A program made the position numbers and the translations under genes. The notes below the pieces were generated by a model, which searched no databases, was not told where the DNA came from, and saw nothing but the letters and a program-made list of their open reading frames with translations. Below are positions 40,234-50,090 of a DNA stretch of 64,000 bases, piece after piece (within the stretch, counting starts at the first letter, position 1; the number at the start of each line of letters is the position of its first letter). The stretch comes from Dehalococcoidia bacterium (GTDB lineage Bacteria; Chloroflexota; Dehalococcoidia; Lucifugimonadales; UBA3495): contig CAXXRM010000005.1 of the NCBI GenBank assembly GCA_963663135.2, positions 99,304 to 163,303 on the forward strand, in the 5' to 3' direction.

Positions 40234-40600
40234 CCCGCGCTAAGGAGCGGCCAATGCATGGACCGCGGGCATGGGGGCAGCGGAGCAACACGACTCTGTT
40301 CTTAAGCCCGCCGGTCCAGCAATCGTGCACTTAACAGGATGCTGAACCGTATCCTGCCGACCACGTTTCCAGGCCTGAGTTGGATGTAGTCGGCGCCAGG
40401 AAAGAACACGCTGCTTCTGAGACGCCACACCCCAAGCGTGGCCCGCCGGCGAAGCCTCGACGCGGAGTTACGGCGTCCGGCCCGCTTGTTTGTTGGCCTT
40501 CCTGCTCGAACGATGGGCTGCTATAAAGCTGTCAGAACGGGTCGAACCTGCTGAACCTTTCCACCCGGGCTAGGTTTTCATTTACTCATCGCCGGTGTGC

Positions 40601-41569
40601 TTATACGCCGGCATCTGTCGGTAGGTTCTCGAACTGGATTAGCACGCCGCGATCTCTACCCCGGCACAGGCGTTCGTACTCTGAACTGAGTTCGGCGCCG
40701 AAGATGAGGATTAGTCCGCTCAAGTAGGTCCAAAGGGATAGGACGATTACCGGCGTCAACGCCCCGTACACGTTTTCGAAGTTGGTGAACCGGCTTAGGT
40801 AGAAGACGAACAGGTTCTTTGCCAGCTCGAATAGGATCGCCGCCACCATTGCTCCCGGCCACACGTAACGCCAATAGGTGCTGGTGTTGGGCGTGAATTT
40901 GTACACCAGCAGGAACATCCCGGCAGTCAACGTGAAAGAGCAGACTTGTAGTATCCCCCGCTCCAGCAATTGGAGGACCGGAGCGGCCTGTCGGGCGTCA
41001 GCGGTTACCAGCCGGTCGGTTGCCCCCGCCAGCCAGGCGATGGTCATTGATGCCAGAAACAGCAGGCCGACCCCTGCGGCCATACCCAACTGTCTCGGCT
41101 TGCTGATGAAGAACGGCCGGTCGGCGTGGACGTCCCAGGCGCGGTTGACGGCCCGGCTTACCGCGCCGAAGACGGCGCTCCCGGACCAGAGGAGTCCCAA
41201 TAATCCAAAGACTCCCAGCGCTCCCCTCACGTCCAGCGCGCCCTCAAGGCTCGCGCCGATAAGCTGGTCTGAACCCGGGAAGTAACCGGAGAATACGTCG
41301 GTGACCCTTAACTGGATGAACTGGCGGTCCAGAACGAGGCTAAATGCCGCGATCAGGAACAGAAGCAGAGGAAACAGGGAGAAGAGCGAATAGTAGGCCA
41401 CACCCGCCGCCATGTGCGTTGCATCGTCAGCCGACATTTCCCGGATGGTTCGAGCCAAGAGCCGCACAACGAATCTGGCCCCGAGCCAATCCCGAACGGG
41501 CTGGCTGGCGCTGGTGACAGCATTTACCGTGGAATGGTACAGGGCAGACTTTTGAAGGCGCGTCAACAT
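40601..41569 (-). CDS. YihY/BrkB (ribonuclease BN-like) family membrane protein
   Basis: 322 aa with six hydrophobic segments, ...AAGVAYYSLFSLFPLLLFL... and ...YGALTPVIVLSLWTYLSGLILIFGAELS.... Confidence 0.85.
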   Translation of the reverse strand: MLTRLQKSALYHSTVNAVTSASQPVRDWLGARFVVRLLARTIREMSADDATHMAAGVAYYSLFSLFPLLLFLIAAFSLVLDRQFIQLRVTDVFSGYFPGSDQLIGASLEGALDVRGALGVFGLLGLLWSGSAVFGAVSRAVNRAWDVHADRPFFISKPRQLGMAAGVGLLFLASMTIAWLAGATDRLVTADARQAAPVLQLLERGILQVCSFTLTAGMFLLVYKFTPNTSTYWRYVWPGAMVAAILFELAKNLFVFYLSRFTNFENVYGALTPVIVLSLWTYLSGLILIFGAELSSEYERLCRGRDRGVLIQFENLPTDAGV

Positions 41570-42100
41570 CAGAGATTGAATTTGAGAAGGCGTGAAACCA
41601 GCTAAACTTCGTGAATAGGTAGACCTGTCGTCAGCGCCCGACCGGCGAATTCGTCGTCGGGATGAACAACGGTTCGAACCACGGGTCTCCCCGGTTAATA
41701 TCTCAAATGGGGCCTTCTAAAGACTATAGCAAACTGTTCAGACCCGCCAGAGCACAGCGGGCCACGCAGTGGGGGTTTTCGTTTGCGGCACCCTCCCCGC
41801 GCACGGACGCTCAGCGTTTCACGGCGGATAATAACCTGGCATGCGGGCATTCGCTGCCAGTCACTTTAGCTGTAGAGTCTGCCGAAGTTGGAATGCTCGT
41901 TAACAGAATAATTGAATTGACACCGTAACATCTACCTTGTATACCCTTACATGCTAAAAAAAATAATGGTATACGTTGTTAAATGTAACTATAACACTCT
42001 AACGTGTAAATTGATTGCACACTTCATACAGAACAGTATTAGCGTCAACAAGTTTGGACCAGCCGCAGCCTCCCCTTATTCACCAGTCAACCACGCTCTC

Positions 42101-42142
42101 GGCGCCGCCCATCGTTTCGGCGCCGCCCATCGTTTCGGCGCT
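42101..42142. repeat. 18-bp tandem repeat, 2.3 copies
   Basis: GGCGCCGCCCATCGTTTC occurs at 42101-42118 and again at 42119-42136, followed by GGCGCT. Confidence 0.9.
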
Positions 42143-42278
42143 GGGAATAGCTGCATGAGCCTGCGTCTTGACGGGTCTGCTCGCCGATGGTGGCGGGAGC
42201 GAGATTGGGGACTTGGGAATGCTCGGTAGCGTTAGAGTGACGCCATCATCACAACTGAATTAACTGGAGGTTAACAAC

Positions 42279-43313
42279 ATGACAAGATACCGTTGGGTTA
42301 GCCTGGCGGCGAAAATTCTGTTGGCCGCCGCTTTGGTGACAGCGGTTATGACCGTCTCCCTGGCCTGTGGTGGCGGGGGCGACAGCCTCACGGTTTATTC
42401 CGGGCGCTCCCAGAGCCTGGTAGACCCGGTCATGAAGGCGTTCATGAAAGAGAACGGCGTGGACATTCGCGTCAAGTACGCCGGCAGCACGGCTATTGCC
42501 GCCACGGTCCTGGAGGAGGGGGACAGCACGCCGGCCGACGTGGTCTTCCTGCAGGACCCGGGCTCCTTGGGCAGCCTATCAGCTGCCGGACTCCTGGCGG
42601 AACTCCCAGAGGAATTGCTGTCTAAAGTGGACGCGAGATTCCGTTCACCGTCGGGCCGGTGGGTTGGCGTGTCCGGACGAGTCAGGACCGTCGTTTATAA
42701 CACTTCGGCTATCGATCCGGAGAAGGACCTGCCTGGGTCGATTTTGGGGTTCACCAGCCCGGAATGGCAAGACCGGATCGGCTGGGCGCCCCTGAACGGA
42801 TCTTTCCAGGCCTTCATTACGGCGTTCCGTCTGAAATGGGGAGAGGATGCAACCCGGGATTGGCTCGAGGGGATCCGGGCCAACGACGCTCAGGACTATC
42901 CCAACAACACCACCATCGTTGCCGCCGTGGCCCGCGGGGAGGTGGACGTTGGCTTCGTGAACCACTACTACCTGCTGCGGTTCCTGGAGGAAGAAGGGGA
43001 AGGCTTTGGGGCCCGCAACCACTTCCTGGGGAGCGGCGACCCCGGATCCCTAATCCTGGTAGCCGGCGTGGGCATCACCAAGAATACCGATAACCGAGAG
43101 GGAGCCGAAAAGTTTGTTGAGTACCTGCTTTCCCGTTCGGCCCAGACATACTTCTCGGAAACCACCAAGGAATACCCGTTAGCCGCCGGCGTGGAACCCC
43201 AGGGTGACCTGCCACCCATGGCGTCGCTGGGGCAGCCTGACATTGACCTGGGGGACTTGGCGGATTTGCGGACGACGCTGTCGCTGCTCCGGGAGGTCGG
43301 CATTATACCGTGA
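42279..43313 (+). CDS. Fe(III)-type ABC transporter substrate-binding lipoprotein (FbpA/AfuA-like)
   Basis: The lipobox is VSLAC. Also LTVYSGRSQSLVDPVMKAFMKENGVDIRVKYAGS... and VGFVNHYYL. No cognate permease or ATPase gene is adjacent. Confidence 0.82.
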   Translation: MTRYRWVSLAAKILLAAALVTAVMTVSLACGGGGDSLTVYSGRSQSLVDPVMKAFMKENGVDIRVKYAGSTAIAATVLEEGDSTPADVVFLQDPGSLGSLSAAGLLAELPEELLSKVDARFRSPSGRWVGVSGRVRTVVYNTSAIDPEKDLPGSILGFTSPEWQDRIGWAPLNGSFQAFITAFRLKWGEDATRDWLEGIRANDAQDYPNNTTIVAAVARGEVDVGFVNHYYLLRFLEEEGEGFGARNHFLGSGDPGSLILVAGVGITKNTDNREGAEKFVEYLLSRSAQTYFSETTKEYPLAAGVEPQGDLPPMASLGQPDIDLGDLADLRTTLSLLREVGIIP

Positions 43314-43375
43314 CCGGGACGATGCGCCTCGGCTCCAAAGCATTCCTACTAATTGCAGGCAGCATTGGAAGACGT

Positions 43376-43496
43376 CTAGTACTCAGTCAACCGCCAAATG
43401 ATAATTGCCAACCCCATTTACGGAACGGCGGTCAAATCCTAATGGTCCTGCACTTCGCTTCCAAACCTTTGCATTCGAAGGTTGACTGAGTACTAG
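43376..43496. repeat. 121-bp element bounded by perfect 17-bp inverted repeats (MITE-like or long hairpin)
   Basis: CTAGTACTCAGTCAACC at 43376-43392 and GGTTGACTGAGTACTAG at 43480-43496. Confidence 0.7.
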
Positions 43497-43560
43497 CTTT
43501 ATCGATGGGGCTGCTAAGAGCAAAAGGCCATAGCCGCTTCAGCCAGGCTAACCGCTTGGG

Positions 43561-43860
43561 CTACGCGCCATCGTAGGCAGTTGGCAATTCCCGCACCGCG
43601 GCGCCGATTTTCTCGTCGGCGGTGGCGAGGTCGAATTGGATTTGGAGGTTAAGCCAGAATTGAGGATCCACGCCGAACCAGTGCCCGAACCGTAGGGCGG
43701 TGTCGCCGGTCACCGACCGCCTGCCGGCGATAATCTGGCTGACCCGGTTAGGAGGCACGTCAATCTGCCGGGCAAAGGTTGATTGGGTCACGCCCAGTTC
43801 CGCCAACTCGTCCCTCAGAATCGACCCGGAGTGTACGGCTCGTTTCAACATACTCATCAT
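43561..43860 (-). CDS. higA: HigA-family antitoxin (XRE HTH)
   Basis: MMSMLKRAVHSGSILRDELAELGVTQSTFARQIDVPPNRVSQIIAGRRSVTGDTALRFGHWFGVDPQFWLNLQ. It starts 12 nt after the higB stop. Confidence 0.85.
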   Translation of the reverse strand: MMSMLKRAVHSGSILRDELAELGVTQSTFARQIDVPPNRVSQIIAGRRSVTGDTALRFGHWFGVDPQFWLNLQIQFDLATADEKIGAAVRELPTAYDGA

Positions 43861-43871
43861 CCATCCAGTCG

Positions 43872-44156
43872 CTAGTGATGGTGGACGATTTCCACGTCCG
43901 ACGGACCTGGAACCTCTGGGGGCCAGGTGAAGCAGATACGCCATTGCCGGTTGATCCGAAGGGAATACTGCCCGGCCCTCCCGCCTCCGAGGGCTTCCAG
44001 GCGGTTGCTCGGCAAGACTCTCAATGTCTCCAACGACGGCGCGGCGTTTAGGATTGAAGGCCGCTTCGCCGCCTGCTCGTCAAACCCCTGGAATGCTGCT
44101 ATGAATGCGCCAACAGCAAACTGCTCGGTCCGTCGAACTTTGTATCCGAGAATCAT
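43872..44156 (-). CDS. higB: HigB-like (RelE/ParE superfamily) toxin
   Basis: ...LEALGGGRAGQYSLRINRQWRICFTW... is the signature of the plasmid-maintenance killer (HigB) family. The toxin gene precedes the antitoxin gene, as in higBA. Confidence 0.85.
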   Translation of the reverse strand: MILGYKVRRTEQFAVGAFIAAFQGFDEQAAKRPSILNAAPSLETLRVLPSNRLEALGGGRAGQYSLRINRQWRICFTWPPEVPGPSDVEIVHHH

Positions 44157-44160
44157 GTGG

Positions 44161-44196
44161 GTACGAGTCTACCCATTCTTGACGTCGGACGTCAAG
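44161..44196 (-). promoter_or_regulatory. putative higBA promoter with palindromic operator
   Basis: The minus strand reads TTGACG, 18 nt, TAGACT, then 9 nt to the higB ATG. The -35 element sits inside the perfect 9-1-9 palindrome CTTGACGTC-g-GACGTCAAG (44178-44196). Confidence 0.4.
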
Positions 44197-44517
44197 CGTC
44201 ATCGCTCTGGTTCGTCGCTTCGCGCCGGGTTGCGGGTCGCTCCCAAACCTTAAGTGGCTCGGGGCTTCCCGGAGGGCGGCGTCCGCTCGGTCCACTTCTG
44301 CCTACTTGCCAACCCAGCGCGCTGCCGTTTATCCAATGCAATGTTAACAACTGGGTTGTAGAGGAACGAATAATCCTGGAAACTGCTGGATTTTCCTAAT
44401 ACATTCTAGGCGGCCCGTTGGTATTAGTTGCTCTCCGTTAGATTGCGTGCACCAGTTGGCGGGGAACCCAGTACGACGGCGTCGGTCATGCCGGTCCAAG
44501 GTTGATGAGTTACCGCC

Positions 44518-45951
44518 GTGGAATTCGATAATTACGATCTTGATCCTTCCATCTATGACGAAATGTTCCTGCCGCATGGAACCCCCAGGGAACACTGGCG
44601 ACAGCTTCACGAAATCCTGTGCGGCATGTCTACCGAGCAAGTCGGCGGCATTCAAGAGCGAGTCACCCGCTCGTTTTCCAACGAAAGCATTTCTTTCAGG
44701 GTCTACGGCGACGCTGAAGGCGAGGAAAGAGTCATCCCCATCGACTGTCTGCCTCGTATCCTTACCGGCTCTGATTGGCGTTTCCTGGAGAGTGGGCTGA
44801 CCCAGCGTCTGAAAACCCTGAACATGTTTTTGGAGGACATTTACAACGACGTCCGAATTGTCGAAGACGGCGTGATTCCGCTGGACATCGTGCGGGGGTG
44901 TCCCCAATACCGCGTTGAGATGCGGGGAGTTTCTGTTCCCAATGGCTCCTGGGTTGCAGTTTGCGGGACCGACCTGGTAAGGACTAATGACGGCTTCCTG
45001 GTGCTGGAAGACAACCTGCGGGTCCCGTCGGGCGTGTCCTACATGATTGCGAACCGCAAAGCCGTCAAGGCCAGCTTGAGTCGTTTGTACCGGAATTCCC
45101 GAGTTCGCGACGTCGAGCATTACGGGCGGGCCTTGCTGGAAACCCTACGCGAGTTGGCCCCCGGCGGCAGGTCTGATCCCAGCATAGCCCTGCTTACATC
45201 CGGAGTGTACAACTCGGCGTTTTACGAGCACCTGTTCCTGGCCCACGAGATTGGCGCCGAGTTGGTGGAGGCGCCCGACCTTTTAGTCGACGACGGATTT
45301 GTGTACATGCGCACTACCATCGGTCTCCGGAGAGTGGACGTGGTCTACCGGCGGGTGGATGACGATTTCCTCGACCCGCTGGTTTTCCGGTCCGATTCCT
45401 TGCTAGGCGTGCCCGGGCTGCTGTAAGCTTTCAAACTTGGCAGGGTGATGTTGGTGAATGTGCCGGGAACGGGCGTGGCCGACGACAAAAGTGTTTACGC
45501 CTACGTGCCGGACATGGTCCGGTACTACCTGGGCGAAGAGCCGATATTATCCAACGTTGAAACCCACCTCTGCCGGCGGCCTGAAGACATGGGGTTCACG
45601 CTGGACAACCTGCAAGACCTGGTGGTCAAACGGGTTGGCGAGTCCGGCGGATACGGCATGCTCATCGGCCCTGACTCCACGCCCGAGGAGAGGCAGGAAT
45701 ACGCCAAGCAGGTCCGCGCCAATCCCGCCGATTTCATTTCCCAACCTGTTCTGGACCTTTCCCGGTCGCCGTGCCTGATCGACGGTCGGTTCGAACCGCG
45801 TCACGTGGGCCTGCGACCCTTCGTGCTTAGCGGAAGAGAGACCCGCATCGTTCCCGGAGCCTTCTGCCGCGTCGCTTTGCGCCGGGGAAGTTTGGTTATG
45901 AACTCCAGCCAGGGCGGCGGCGGCAAAGACGTGTGGGTGTTGGGGGACTGA
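44518..45951 (+). pseudogene. circularly permuted ATP-grasp type 2 protein, interrupted by an in-frame TAA
   Basis: ORFs 44518..45426 and 45445..45951 are in the same frame. The sequence reads ...SLLGVPGLL-TAA(45424-45426)-AFKLGRVMLVNVPGTGVADDKSVYAYVPDMVRYYLGEEP..., which is colinear with single-polypeptide family members. Confidence 0.8.
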
Positions 45952-45955
45952 AACG

Positions 45956-46924
45956 ATGCTCTCCAGAAGCGCGCAAGGGGTCTACTGGATGAGCCGTTAC
46001 CTGGGGTGGGCGGAACATCTCTGCCGTCTGCTGCGGCTGCAAACGGAGGCCTTGGTTGACCGTCCAATCAGGGAGATACACCTTGGCTGGATACGCATCT
46101 ACAACACCGTGAGCCAGCGGCCTCCCGGCGGGAGTCTTGAGCCCCTCGACACCGATGATTTTGCATTGGCGGACTCTTACACGCTTGCCGATCACCTGAC
46201 CTTCGATCGCCTAAACCCCAATTCTGTCTGGAGCTGCTTTTACATGGGCCGGGAAAACGCCCGGCAAATGCGCCATTGCATCAGTGCAGAGATGTGGACC
46301 TGCCTGAACCTGGCTTACCTGCGGTTCCGCAACCTCACGATGCCGGACGTTTGGTCCGCCCCGCGCGAGAGCTTCTACGCCGACGTTGAGGCGGAGATCA
46401 ACACGTTCATAGGAGTGGCGGCGTCCACCATGTATCGGGATGAGCGGGCCCACTTCATGCAGCTTGGACGATTCATTGAACGGGCACAGCTTTCCGCTTC
46501 ATTGTTTCTGGCGCAATTATATGCCGACAGTATTGCGATGGAGTATGCGGAGGAGGACTGGACGACGTTGTTGCGCCTCTACCGTGCATTCCAAGCATAC
46601 AACAGCCGTTACGGCGTAACGGTGCGCCCAAACCAGGCGTCGGACCTGCTTGCGACGGACCCTCAATTGCCAGACTCCCTCAGCCGATCGGTTTCCATCG
46701 TTGCGGAGGAGTTGGGGTCCATCAGCGCCGGTCCAAACTCCCACTCTACCGGAGTGGCCCGGCGGCTCGCAGGACGGTTGGGCGCATTGATACACTATGA
46801 GTGGCCGGACCGAGAAGACCGGGAGGAACTATTGCGGGAAGTAAGCGGGCAGTGCCGGCTGCTCCACGATTTCATCACGTCCACCTATTCTGAATATTCG
46901 ATAGAAGACTCGCCGGTCCGCTGA
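45956..46924 (+). CDS. Alpha-E domain protein
   Basis: MLSRSAQGVYWMSRYLGWAEH... N-terminus and a helical body typical of the Alpha-E family. It starts 5 nt after the ATP-grasp stop. Confidence 0.85.
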   Translation: MLSRSAQGVYWMSRYLGWAEHLCRLLRLQTEALVDRPIREIHLGWIRIYNTVSQRPPGGSLEPLDTDDFALADSYTLADHLTFDRLNPNSVWSCFYMGRENARQMRHCISAEMWTCLNLAYLRFRNLTMPDVWSAPRESFYADVEAEINTFIGVAASTMYRDERAHFMQLGRFIERAQLSASLFLAQLYADSIAMEYAEEDWTTLLRLYRAFQAYNSRYGVTVRPNQASDLLATDPQLPDSLSRSVSIVAEELGSISAGPNSHSTGVARRLAGRLGALIHYEWPDREDREELLREVSGQCRLLHDFITSTYSEYSIEDSPVR

Positions 46925-46927
46925 TTT

Positions 46928-47797
46928 ATGGTTGGTTTGATTCGGTACGAGATTCAGCACGTCTCGCGATATTTCTACGATGGCCACGTGCGTAATTCCG
47001 TGATGGCGCTTTGCCTGATGCCCCGCGATGACTCGGGACAGAGGCTGCGCAGCTTCAGCATCACCACGAACCCACCGTCCTCTATGAACACCGAGGTGGA
47101 CTCCTTCGCCAACACAAAGCATGTCCTTAACATCCATCGAGGCCATGAGACCCTGGAGTTGGTCACCCGCGCTTCGGTAGAAACGTCGCCCTCACGGCGG
47201 CTCCCGGTTTCCCTGGGCCCAGGCTCCTGGGAAGAAGTCCGTTCGAGTACCGGATCGTTCTTGGGATGGGACTTCACCCACGATAGCGCATTTGTCCGCC
47301 ACTCGCCTGCTCTTGCCGATTTCATCGACCGAGCCGGCATCAAGCCCGTCGGAGATCCGTTGGAGTCGGCCCTTGCCCTTTCCGATACTCTATTTCACGT
47401 GCTGCGGTACGTCCCGGTCAGCACTTCGGCGGTCTCTCCCATAGAGCATACCCTTGAGTCGGGCGAGGGGGTTTGCCAGGACTACACCCATATCATGATC
47501 GCCATTGCAAGGTCATGGGGATTGCCCGCCCGGTACGTGTCTGGTTACCTGTACGTCACCGGACAGGCTGACGAACAAGCGATACCAACCGCGAGCCACG
47601 CCTGGGTGGAATGCTGGTTTCCCGGTCTTGGCTGGACCGGATTTGATCCCACGAATCATTGCCTCGCCGATCACCGGCACATTCGTATCGCTGTGGGGAG
47701 AGACTACCGGGACGTAACCCCGGTCCGCGGGGTTCTGCAAGGCGGAGCCGAGGCACGCCTGGAGGTTGAAGTCCAGGTAGACTCCGTCCCCGCCTGA
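46928..47797 (+). CDS. transglutaminase-like cysteine peptidase family protein (Bact_transglu_N plus TGase core)
   Basis: Y.I.H.S.Y.Y N-terminal pattern (IRYEIQHVSRYFYDG). The catalytic-core motifs are GEGVCQDYTHIMIAIARSWGLPARYVSGY, HAWVECW and GFDPTN. Confidence 0.88.
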   Translation: MVGLIRYEIQHVSRYFYDGHVRNSVMALCLMPRDDSGQRLRSFSITTNPPSSMNTEVDSFANTKHVLNIHRGHETLELVTRASVETSPSRRLPVSLGPGSWEEVRSSTGSFLGWDFTHDSAFVRHSPALADFIDRAGIKPVGDPLESALALSDTLFHVLRYVPVSTSAVSPIEHTLESGEGVCQDYTHIMIAIARSWGLPARYVSGYLYVTGQADEQAIPTASHAWVECWFPGLGWTGFDPTNHCLADHRHIRIAVGRDYRDVTPVRGVLQGGAEARLEVEVQVDSVPA

Positions 47798-48149
47798 GAC
47801 CGTGGCGCCGCCCACCCGCGGGATTCTCCACCGGTGAACTGGAACCCTGCTGACCGAGGTCTGTCGAGCATTCCAGCGCACAATTTCTGATTGGGGTTCA
47901 ACGTGGACGCGACGGGTCTGGAGACTTCGGAGCGTCCGGCGTTGTCTGCCCCATGGGCCTGACCTCTTTAGCAAACGCATCCACCGGCTGCACATCCTTC
48001 CAGATACCCATGCGGCCAAACGACAGCCCGCGCCTCCTCCCGGCCGCTGCACAAACCGGGCAAGGAGATGGCAGGGTTTAGTACACTGTCGGCGGCAGGC
48101 TATTTGATTAGGGGCGGACCATGAATATGCTCAGTGAAGGAGATGCATC

Positions 48150-48932
48150 ATGCGGTTGGAAGGAAAAGTTGCTCTTATCAGCGGCGGGGCGCGGGGTCAG
48201 GGCGCGGCCGAGGCGCGGCTGTTCGTCCGGGAGGGCGCGGCGGTGGTCATCGGCGACATTCTCGACGATGAAGGGATGCGGTTGGAGGCGGAAATCCGCG
48301 AACTCGGCGGGCGGGCCACTTTCGTTCACCTGGACGTCACCATCTCCGAGCAGTGGTCCAGCGCCGTGGAGCAGGCGGTTAACCGCTACGGAAAGCTGGA
48401 TATTTTGGTCAACAACGCAGGGGTCGGTAGCACCAACGTCGGCGGCGTCGACGCGCCGCGTATCCATGACGCGCCGGAGGAAGTCTGGGACCAGATAATG
48501 GACGTGAACGGCAAAGGTGTTTTCCTGGGAACCCGCGCCGCCATTCCGGCCATGCTCGACGCCGGCGGAGGCTCGATCATCAACATTTCGTCCATTGCCG
48601 GGCTGGTTGGCCTGGGGCCAGGCTCGGGGGCCGGGTCGGCCTACGCAAGCTCAAAGGGAGCAGTCCGGCTGCTGACGAAGTCCACTGCGGTGCAGTATGC
48701 AGGGGACGGCATTCGATGCAATTCAGTCCACCCTGGCTACATCGACACGGCGATGACGGAGCGGATGATGTCCCAGCCGGGCATGAGAGACGAGCGTATC
48801 CAAGCGACTCCCCTGGGTCGCATCGGGACCGTGGACGACATTGCCAACGGGGTGCTTTTCCTGGCCTCGGACGAATCCTCGTTCATGACCGGCAGCGAGG
48901 TGGTGATAGACGGCGGGTTCACTGCGCAGTAG
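48150..48932 (+). CDS. SDR family oxidoreductase
   Basis: GAAGGAGA SD. TGxxxGxG motif (ALISGGARGQG), NNAG, and the catalytic YASSK. Confidence 0.9.
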   Translation: MRLEGKVALISGGARGQGAAEARLFVREGAAVVIGDILDDEGMRLEAEIRELGGRATFVHLDVTISEQWSSAVEQAVNRYGKLDILVNNAGVGSTNVGGVDAPRIHDAPEEVWDQIMDVNGKGVFLGTRAAIPAMLDAGGGSIINISSIAGLVGLGPGSGAGSAYASSKGAVRLLTKSTAVQYAGDGIRCNSVHPGYIDTAMTERMMSQPGMRDERIQATPLGRIGTVDDIANGVLFLASDESSFMTGSEVVIDGGFTAQ

Positions 48933-49087
48933 CAGTCAGCAGAGCGACGGGGGGGGTGCCTTGCTGTCCCATTCCTCGCACTGTTTGCCCGCGCCCCGGC
49001 TGCAAGGTGGAAAGCGCCGAGGTTGGCTTGCCTCAGCGCTTCCAAGTCATCCGGTGGCCAACCGGACCACATCGTAAATCGACTCGA

Positions 49088-49909
49088 TTACGGCTTAGAC
49101 GCTGTGGCCTCGCCAAAGGCGATGGCCCCGACGGCCCCGGCATTGGCCTGCCACTGGTCAAGGGATTCGCGCCAGCCATCGAACTGCTCGTGAGTCGCCA
49201 ATCTGCAGGTCGTCGCCGCAGCTATAACCGCAGGCGACAAGAACCAGTCCCTGGTGAAGGTGTGAAAGAAGGCAACATCTTCCGGCGTGCTGAATACGTC
49301 GAAAGAAGCAGTCGCTTGGACGTTGGTGAACCCGGCCTCGATGAAGGTTTTCTTCAGGTCCCTCCCAATTTGGGGATGGCCGCCGTTGGCTGCAATAAGG
49401 TTCGCGAACACGGTCCATCCGGTACTTAAAGTGTCCAGGGTGGGCTCAGCGAACGAGGAAGCGATGATTATTTCGCGGCTGGAGATGATGCCGCCGGGTT
49501 TCAAGACCCGCTTCACCTCTGCCAGCGCGGCGCGGGTATCTGGAACGTGCGTCAGAACGGTGTGGCAGTGGGCGATGTCAAAGGAATCGTCATCGAATGG
49601 AAGATTGGTCACGTCGCCAACGTGGAATATTGCGTTGCGGTGCCCACCCGCCTCTGCGGCGGACCGGGCAAGGTCGATCTGCGACGCCTCCATATCAACG
49701 CCGTGGACCTCACCGGGTTCTACCGCCCTGGCTAGACCGACCGAGATGGTTCCCGGCCCACAACCGAAGTCTAGAACGCGGAGGCCGGGCTTGAGATGCG
49801 GGAGCAAGTGTGTGCCGTGGCTCTCCAGGCTGCGCCGGTTGAGCAGCTGCCGAAACTCTTCGCTATAGCCCATCGTGTAGCTGGATTCTGCCGGTGTTTG
49901 GTCTGGCAT
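49088..49909 (-). CDS. class I SAM-dependent methyltransferase
   Basis: VLDFGCGPGTISVGLA and LKPGGIIS motifs. ATG at 49909 is preceded by AAGGAG. The listed start at 49915 is TTG. Confidence 0.85.
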   Translation of the reverse strand: MPDQTPAESSYTMGYSEEFRQLLNRRSLESHGTHLLPHLKPGLRVLDFGCGPGTISVGLARAVEPGEVHGVDMEASQIDLARSAAEAGGHRNAIFHVGDVTNLPFDDDSFDIAHCHTVLTHVPDTRAALAEVKRVLKPGGIISSREIIIASSFAEPTLDTLSTGWTVFANLIAANGGHPQIGRDLKKTFIEAGFTNVQATASFDVFSTPEDVAFFHTFTRDWFLSPAVIAAATTCRLATHEQFDGWRESLDQWQANAGAVGAIAFGEATASKP

Positions 49910-50090
49910 GGTCAAGAACTCCTTTCCACGTTAGTCGCCCGGAATCGGCAAGGCCCAATAGGCGACCGGGCGACATTATACAATTTGCTCAAACCATGTT
50001 TACCGTTGAGTCCGCGCCTTCTTCCGCTATTTCAGCGCCGGGAGGGCAAATGCCACCTTGCCGCTGTCCAACGCCCGGAGGCTCTCCTTT

